NCBI GenBank assembly: GCA_965226495.1
Contig: OZ245365.1
Location: 4,960,001 to 5,024,000 of the forward strand
Length of the DNA: 64,000 bases
Direction of reading: 5' to 3'
Origin: Candidatus Marinacidobacterales bacterium
Lineage (GTDB): Bacteria > Acidobacteriota > Vicinamibacteria > Marinacidobacterales > DATDRI01
This document shows positions 58,171 through 64,000 of this stretch, in pieces. The stretch's first letter is position 1; each line of letters starts with the position of its first letter. Position numbers and translations under genes: made by a program. Under the pieces are notes generated by a model, which saw only the letters and a program-made list of their open reading frames with translations, was not told the DNA's origin and searched no databases.

Positions 58171-60612
58171 ATGAGTCTCCAGCAGATCTTGGAGTACGTC
58201 GAGCGTCTCAAGCCCTATTTCACTTGGCAGTACGGGCGGATCGCGCTCGCACTAGCAGTTACGGTACTGGCCCTTCGTTGGGCGAATCGTCGCTTGCGGT
58301 TGACCCAGCGGATCTGGGGACTGGCGATGACATTGGTGAATCCGTACTTGCAGGCGTTTGCCCGGCGCCTTGCCATCCGGCGTGCAGAACGACTCGGCGA
58401 GTGGCTGGAAGCCGGCCTGCTCCATGAAGAGCAAGGCGATCTCGACCGTGCTCTCGACTGTTATGAAAGCGCCGAGGAGTACCACCTCTGCGGCGAGATC
58501 TGTTTCCGGCTAGGTCGGAAGGACTACGCTGCCGAGTGGTTCCTCCTCTCCAAGGAGAAGAAACGGGCAGCGGCTTTGTTCGAAGAGCTCGAGCAATACC
58601 AGCGCGCCGCGGAGGTCTACGTCGAGCTCGGCTCGAATCTCGATGCGGCTCAAGCGTTCTTGAAGGCTCGCAATTTTTCGAAGGCGGGAGAGATCTACGC
58701 CGAGGCCGGCCGCTACGCTAATGCCGCCGAAGCCTTCGAGCAGGCTGGCGAGTTCGGTCGAGCTGCCGAGAACTTCGAGCTCCAAATCACGGAGGCCGGT
58801 GGCATCCAGGGCCGTTCCTTCTCGACGACGCAGCGGGCCGAGCTAGTTCGCTTCACTCTTCGGGCCGCTCAATGCTTCGAAAAAACCGGCGAGCTGAAAC
58901 GGGCGGCCCGAGTTCTCGAAGACGCAAGCCAGCACGGAATGGCGGCAACGCTTATGGAACGCGAGGGGGAGCATCGACGTGCCGCAGCGCTCTATGAGAA
59001 AGATGGCCAGGTGCAGAAGGCCGCCGCGATGTATGGGCTCGCTGCCGATGCGCCGGCGGCGGCGCGCCTCGAGGGTGAGTATCAACTATCGGCTGGGAAC
59101 ACAGTCGCCGCGGCAGAATCGTTTCTGAAGAGCGGTGACCCGATCCGGGCGGCGGAGATCTTCGAGAGCATCGGCCAGTTTCACCGTGCCGCGGACAGCT
59201 ACGCCCGTGTGGATGCCTTCGCCCAGGCGGCCGATGCGGCGCTCCGGGCTAACGAGAAGGCGAGGGCCGCGCAGTTTTTCGAAACGGCGAGGAAGTTCGA
59301 CCAAGCGGCCGAGTTGTACGCGGAACTCGGTAGCTTCGATCGCGCCGCGCAACTCTTCGCCGACTGCAACCGCTATTTCGATGCGGCCATGGCCGCCGCA
59401 AAATGCGACTCCGAAAAGCTAATGGTGGACTACTTGCAAAGAGTCGGAGAGGACGACCCCCACTACCAAGAGGCACTTGCGGAGCTCGTGCGGTATTTCA
59501 ATCGCCGAGGTTGGAGCTCGCTGGCCCTCGAACGACTCAGCATCGAGCTTGCCGGCAAACCCGTCCGGAGTGACAACTTGGAGCTTTGGGACGGATACGC
59601 TCGCGCCTACGAAGCACAGGGTGAGCTCGCCATGGCCAGTGAGATCCTCCACAAGATGATGGCGGTGCAGTTTAGCTTTGGCAACATCGGTGACCGGCGT
59701 CGCGAGTTGCAAAAGCGCATGGAGGAGGAAAAAGAACGCGAGAGCAACTTGACTACTCCGCTGGCGGCATCGCCCGAAACCAAACCCAAGTCCGAGTCCG
59801 GTATCGCCGACCACACAGAGAACGCACGGTATCAGCTCGAGGGAATGTTGGGTAAGGGCAACACCGGCGCCGTTTATAAGGCATACGATCGACTGTTTCA
59901 GCGAACGGTCGCATACAAGTTGTTATCGAAGCAGCTACTCCGCGATCCCAAGGCACGCGACAACCTCTTGGACCAGGTGCGGTCTGCCGCCGCGCTCAAC
60001 CACCCGAACATCGTAACCGTGCTCGACATCGGACTCGACCAGGCGCTCCCCTTCATCTGTACGGAACTGATCGAGGGTGAGAGTTGCTCGAGCGTCATCC
60101 GTCGACAGGGACGGCTTGAACTCACGGAGCTCATGCACCTCCTGGTTTCGGTTTGTCAGGGTCTCCATCACGCTCACCGACGGGGTATCGTTCACGGTGA
60201 TTTGAAACCCTCCAACATCATGGTTACGGTTGGCAACCGGGTGAAGATCGCGGATTTCGGGCTTGCCCGACCGGAGGGGGGACGGTTGAGCGGTATCACT
60301 TCAGGGTCTGCTCAGACGGTCAAGTATTGGTCGCCGGAACAAGTACGCGGCGACACTCCCGACCGCCGGTCCGACATCTACTCGCTTGGTGTTTGCCTCT
60401 ACGAGCTACTTCTCGGTCACGCTCCCTTCACTGAGGGGGACTTCTTTAGGCATCACCTGTACACTTCCCCACCTCCCATGAGGCGCGAGCGAGCCGAGAT
60501 TTCACCGGATCTCGAATACCTGGTCCTCCACTGCCTCGCCAAGTTGCCCGCCGAGCGTTTCCAAACCGCCGGAGAGATCGTTTCCTACGCTTCCGCCGCC
60601 GGGCTCCTCTGA
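58171..60612 (+). CDS. Membrane-anchored TPR-like repeat protein with C-terminal Ser/Thr kinase (paralog of 28405-30597)
   Basis: N-terminal TM, AAxxY/FExAG repeats, GKGNTG, VAYK, HGDLKPSN, DFG, YWSPEQ. Confidence 0.88.
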   Translation: MSLQQILEYVERLKPYFTWQYGRIALALAVTVLALRWANRRLRLTQRIWGLAMTLVNPYLQAFARRLAIRRAERLGEWLEAGLLHEEQGDLDRALDCYESAEEYHLCGEICFRLGRKDYAAEWFLLSKEKKRAAALFEELEQYQRAAEVYVELGSNLDAAQAFLKARNFSKAGEIYAEAGRYANAAEAFEQAGEFGRAAENFELQITEAGGIQGRSFSTTQRAELVRFTLRAAQCFEKTGELKRAARVLEDASQHGMAATLMEREGEHRRAAALYEKDGQVQKAAAMYGLAADAPAAARLEGEYQLSAGNTVAAAESFLKSGDPIRAAEIFESIGQFHRAADSYARVDAFAQAADAALRANEKARAAQFFETARKFDQAAELYAELGSFDRAAQLFADCNRYFDAAMAAAKCDSEKLMVDYLQRVGEDDPHYQEALAELVRYFNRRGWSSLALERLSIELAGKPVRSDNLELWDGYARAYEAQGELAMASEILHKMMAVQFSFGNIGDRRRELQKRMEEEKERESNLTTPLAASPETKPKSESGIADHTENARYQLEGMLGKGNTGAVYKAYDRLFQRTVAYKLLSKQLLRDPKARDNLLDQVRSAAALNHPNIVTVLDIGLDQALPFICTELIEGESCSSVIRRQGRLELTELMHLLVSVCQGLHHAHRRGIVHGDLKPSNIMVTVGNRVKIADFGLARPEGGRLSGITSGSAQTVKYWSPEQVRGDTPDRRSDIYSLGVCLYELLLGHAPFTEGDFFRHHLYTSPPPMRRERAEISPDLEYLVLHCLAKLPAERFQTAGEIVSYASAAGLL

Positions 60613-60753
60613 ACCGGAAGCTAGCGGGCGCCGGTGAGGCGGTTGGCCGGACGACCGTAGGTTCTACTCCTTGTCCTTCTTCCACAGCCGAAGTGTGTCG
60701 CGGAAGTATGCTCGAAGTCCTCACGAGCCGTGAGGCTCACGGGCTTCTTGCGT

Positions 60754-60847
60754 AGAATAGGACGCATAATCTACGCACATTTTGCGTGGATTACAGTTGA
60801 CTACGCGAAGAATAGGACGCATAATCTACGCAGGAGATGCGTAGATT
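60754..60847 (+). promoter_or_regulatory. fic promoter with two palindromic operators AATCTACGCA-N5-TGCGTRGATT
   Basis: Palindromes at 60768-92 and 60823-47; -35 TTGACT (60797-802), 17-nt spacer, -10 CATAAT (60820-25); RBS AGGAGA in the second spacer. Confidence 0.7.
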
Positions 60848-61954
60848 GATACACTACATACACCAACTTCCTGACTGGCCGCAATTTTACTGGAATCAGG
60901 AAACCCTCGCTGTGGCGCTTGCCGACATCCGGCATCGGCAGGGCCGCCTGCTGGGCCGCATGGAGAGCCTCGGCTTTCCCCTTCAAAAGGAGGCGGAACT
61001 TGCAACGCTGACCCTTGATGTTCTGAAGTCCAGCGAAATCGAAGGTGAAAACCTCGATGCCGATCAGGTACGGTCGTCGATCGCCCGGCGGCTCGGCATG
61101 GACATCGCCGGCGCAGTCCCGGCAGACCGCGATGTTGAGGGCGTGGTGGAAATGATGCTCGACGCCACTCGGAATTTCGACCAGTCTCTTAGTGACGAGC
61201 GCCTGTTCGGCTGGCATGCCGCGCTGTTTCCGACTGGGCGCAGCGGCATGGGCAAAATCATCGTCGGCGGGTGGCGCGATGATGCCGCCGGACCGATGCA
61301 GGTCGTTTCCGGCCCGATGGGAAAAGAGAGAGTGCACTATGTCGCACCGGCGGCGCCGCTTCTTGATGGCGAAATGTCCCGATTCCTAAGCTGGGCAAAC
61401 AAACGCGAGAGCGGCACCGATCCGGTTCTCAAGGCCGCGCTCGCTCATCTGTGGTTTGTGACCATTCACCCATTCGATGACGGCAACGGCCGGATCGCGC
61501 GCGCCATTGCCGACTGGTCGCTCGCGCGGGCTGACAACAGCCCCCAGCGCTTTTACAGCATGTCGGCGCAAACCCGTCATGAGAGGAAGGCCTATTACGA
61601 CACACTGGAACACGCACAGAAAGGGACGCTCGACATAACCCTCTGGATGGAGTGGTTCCTCGGATGCCTTGGGCGGGCCTTTGAAGGAACTGAAACCACA
61701 CTTGCCGCCGTGCTTCAAAAGGCACGGTTCTGGGACAGGCATGCCCGCACGGCGATGAACGACCGGCAACGCATGGTCCTGAACAAACTACTCAACGGAT
61801 TCGTCGGAAAACTCACAACGACAAAATACGCCAAGCTTGCGAAGTGCTCTCATGACACCGCGCTCCGCGATATCCAGGAACTAATCGAACATGGCGTTCT
61901 GGAAAAAGACCCTGGCCGCGGACGAGCACGAGCTATTCGCTGAAAGAAAATTGA
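60846..61954 (+). CDS. Fic family protein (DUF4172-like N-terminus, Fic domain, C-terminal HTH); likely frameshift near 61925
   Basis: YIHQLPDWPQF, SSEIEGE, HPFDDGNGRIAR, DTALRDIQEL; the shifted frame gives GRSTSYSLKEN-stop. Confidence 0.9.
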
Positions 61955-62047
61955 GCTAGCTGCAAAGGAGTTTTTGCAGCAAGAACGGCTATTGGGGATG
62001 CAAGACGAAAGACACGAGGGGAGAACGTTCGCCGGACGACGGTAGAT

Positions 62048-62980
62048 TTATTCCCCAGCCTTCTTCCAGCGGAAGTGTCGCTCTAATTCCGACGAGTAGG
62101 ACGTACCTAGAGTATCCGCGTTCGCATCCAGCCACTCGGAGAACCGCGTCTTCCCGTTGGGCGCGTCTTCGGAACACAACAGACTATCCATGAGACCCTT
62201 CGCCTCGTCCATGGTTAGAACGACATCTCGTACGAACCATCCAATAATCTGACCCAAGAAAATTCCCAAACCAGGCGGCAGATGGACCAGCTTGACGTTC
62301 CGCCCCATCTTGGCCCCGATGAGCGCCACCAGCTCCTCGAACGTAAAGGTCTCGGGTCCGATAGCATCGAGGACACGCGACTCCGGGTCGTGCGAGCTCG
62401 CCGCGGCGATGGAGGCGAGGTCTTCCACGTAGACCGGTTGAACCCGGTACCGGCCAGTCCCGAAGATCGGAAATACGGGAAACTTGCGCATCAGCCAAGC
62501 GATGTTGTTGACGAGAATGTCCTCTTTTCCAAACACCAGAGTGGGCCGCACGATGGCGTAGGGAACACCCGATTCAACGAGGGCTTCTTCTTGACGAGCC
62601 TTGCCGACATCGTATGGCAAAGTGGATGCTTCCGAGGCGTTGGTCACGCTGATATGCACGATCTTCTTCACACCCGCATCGGCAGCACAACGGAAGAGCG
62701 TCTTGGTGTTCTCCACCGCCTGTTCGAACGTTGCACCCCCATAGGCGAACCGAACCCAATAAGTGTTATAGAGCGTGCGCGCGCCTCGCAGGTGCCCCGT
62801 CAACAACTCGGGTTCGTCGAAGTCGAACGGGAATGCCGCGACCGCACTACCGAAAGGGTTCTGTTTGTCCGGATGAGTAGTGACGGTTCTAACCTGTTTC
62901 CCGGAATCGATGAGGTGGCGAGCAATGTACTTTCCGATGTAGCCGAAAGCACCGGTGACGACATCCAACTCAGCCGACAT
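62048..62980 (-). CDS. NAD(P)-binding atypical SDR/epimerase (NDUFA9-like)
   Basis: TGAFGYIG, HISVTN, YxxxK, RPTLVFG, QPVYVEDLA. Confidence 0.85.
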   Translation of the reverse strand: MSAELDVVTGAFGYIGKYIARHLIDSGKQVRTVTTHPDKQNPFGSAVAAFPFDFDEPELLTGHLRGARTLYNTYWVRFAYGGATFEQAVENTKTLFRCAADAGVKKIVHISVTNASEASTLPYDVGKARQEEALVESGVPYAIVRPTLVFGKEDILVNNIAWLMRKFPVFPIFGTGRYRVQPVYVEDLASIAAASSHDPESRVLDAIGPETFTFEELVALIGAKMGRNVKLVHLPPGLGIFLGQIIGWFVRDVVLTMDEAKGLMDSLLCSEDAPNGKTRFSEWLDANADTLGTSYSSELERHFRWKKAGE

Positions 62981-63033
62981 GCTCGTGTTCGTTGACGGGT
63001 CGGCTAAGGAGCCGCGCGCCGGTAGCGATCCTA

Positions 63034-64000
63034 TCAGTTTTCGGTGGGGACGAGGCGCTTCAGCTCCTCGAACCAGTTGAAGACGACGACCACTTCGGTC
63101 GGACCTGTTTCCTCACCCTGAAGCATTAGGAAGCGTTGTCCGTCCGCGGCGATGTCGTAATTTCGAACAACTCCTGGAATCCCTTCTTCAAACCGATCCT
63201 CGAACAGAACCCGCGGGGCCTCTCGGCCCTGAACTCCGGCGCGAGACGGACAGGAACAGCCATCACTTTGTCGCCCGAGCGATAGAAGATCTCTCTGCCG
63301 TCCGGTGCCCACAGGGGCTCCTGGCCGCCGTCGACCGAAATCGGCCACCTACCGGTCCCGACAGGATAGGGTCGCACGTAGACCTCGAACCGGCCGGACT
63401 CGTTTGAGTTGTAGGCGAGCCACCGGCCGTCCGGCGAGAACTCCGCGCTCCCTTGGGTATAGGGCGTGTCGGTAAACGACTCGCGTTGCCATTCACGCTC
63501 CATCGGTAGCATCGAGATGCCCCCCCCTCCTTTAATAGCCAAGACCCGACCGTCCGGTGACCAAGATTGGGGCCAGCCCCGATTCTCACCGAGCCGCTCG
63601 GCGGGACCGCTTCCATCCGCCCGCTTCCAATACACATGTTTGGCTCCGTCCCGGGTCGAATAGAAAGTCACGCGCTCGCCGTCCGGCGTCCAAACGGCAA
63701 CTTCCTCGTGGCTCTCGGCCAGAGTCAACCGGGTGAGCGCAGCGCGAGGCAAGTCGTACGTCCAAATGTCCCAGTTCCCTTCTTCGCGAATCTGTACTGC
63801 TATGCGCTGGCCGCGCGGTACGATTCGGGGACTGAAATAGGTACGTTGCTCGTCGATTGCAGGTTGTGCCTGCCCTTGGCGATCCACCCAGACTAGGCTT
63901 TTACCCGGCACTCCACTTCCAGGGACGTACACGAGTGTGCCACTCGCGGAAAAAGCAACCTGCGCACTTTGGTCAATCAAGCCTTGGCGCACGCCGTCGA
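63034..64000 (-). CDS. C-terminal TolB/PD40 beta-propeller of a larger protein (5' end outside window); frameshift near 63215
   Basis: WTPDG, WSPDG, FSPDGRWLAY, GRFEVYV, then YDIAADGQRFL...VVVFNWFEELKRLVP in another frame. Confidence 0.8.

Noticed and set aside
60754-60847. Mini-CRISPR array
   Set aside because: Only two 24-bp repeats, each part of a palindrome overlapping a promoter, and no cas genes.

Overview
GC-rich bacterial chromosomal window with an Acidobacteriota-like gene repertoire (inferred from the BNR/VPS10 hydrolase, secreted PIG-L protein, repeat-bearing kinases and kinase-type PD40 propeller). About 50 CDS are supportable, mostly metabolic or envelope genes: glcDEF, gabD, an ALDH7-type dehydrogenase, bshA, dapF, dtd, ClC, SSS and DASS transporters, and a yjbQ-queD-folE-SDR operon. 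No rRNA, tRNA or CRISPR array was seen. Several single-base frameshifts look like assembly errors. The standout locus (30.8-41.3 kb) is a naturally split Rhs toxin system. A Sec-signal Rhs/YD-repeat shell gene stops where the Rhs-associated core should begin and ends in four Ig-like repeats instead. The missing core plus toxin is encoded by two separate genes, each with its own RBS and signal peptide, a different HNH-type nuclease tip and a coupled immunity gene. Other notable signals: a probable unannotated selenoprotein (in-frame UGA at a thioredoxin Cys position plus a SECIS-like hairpin), a CxxC...RSPP leader peptide ahead of a metal-uptake gene, a structured 5' leader ahead of a pterin operon with a divergent FolE, a Ser/Ser DapF, and twin palindromic operators ahead of a Fic gene. 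Family names come from motif recognition, not from database searches.
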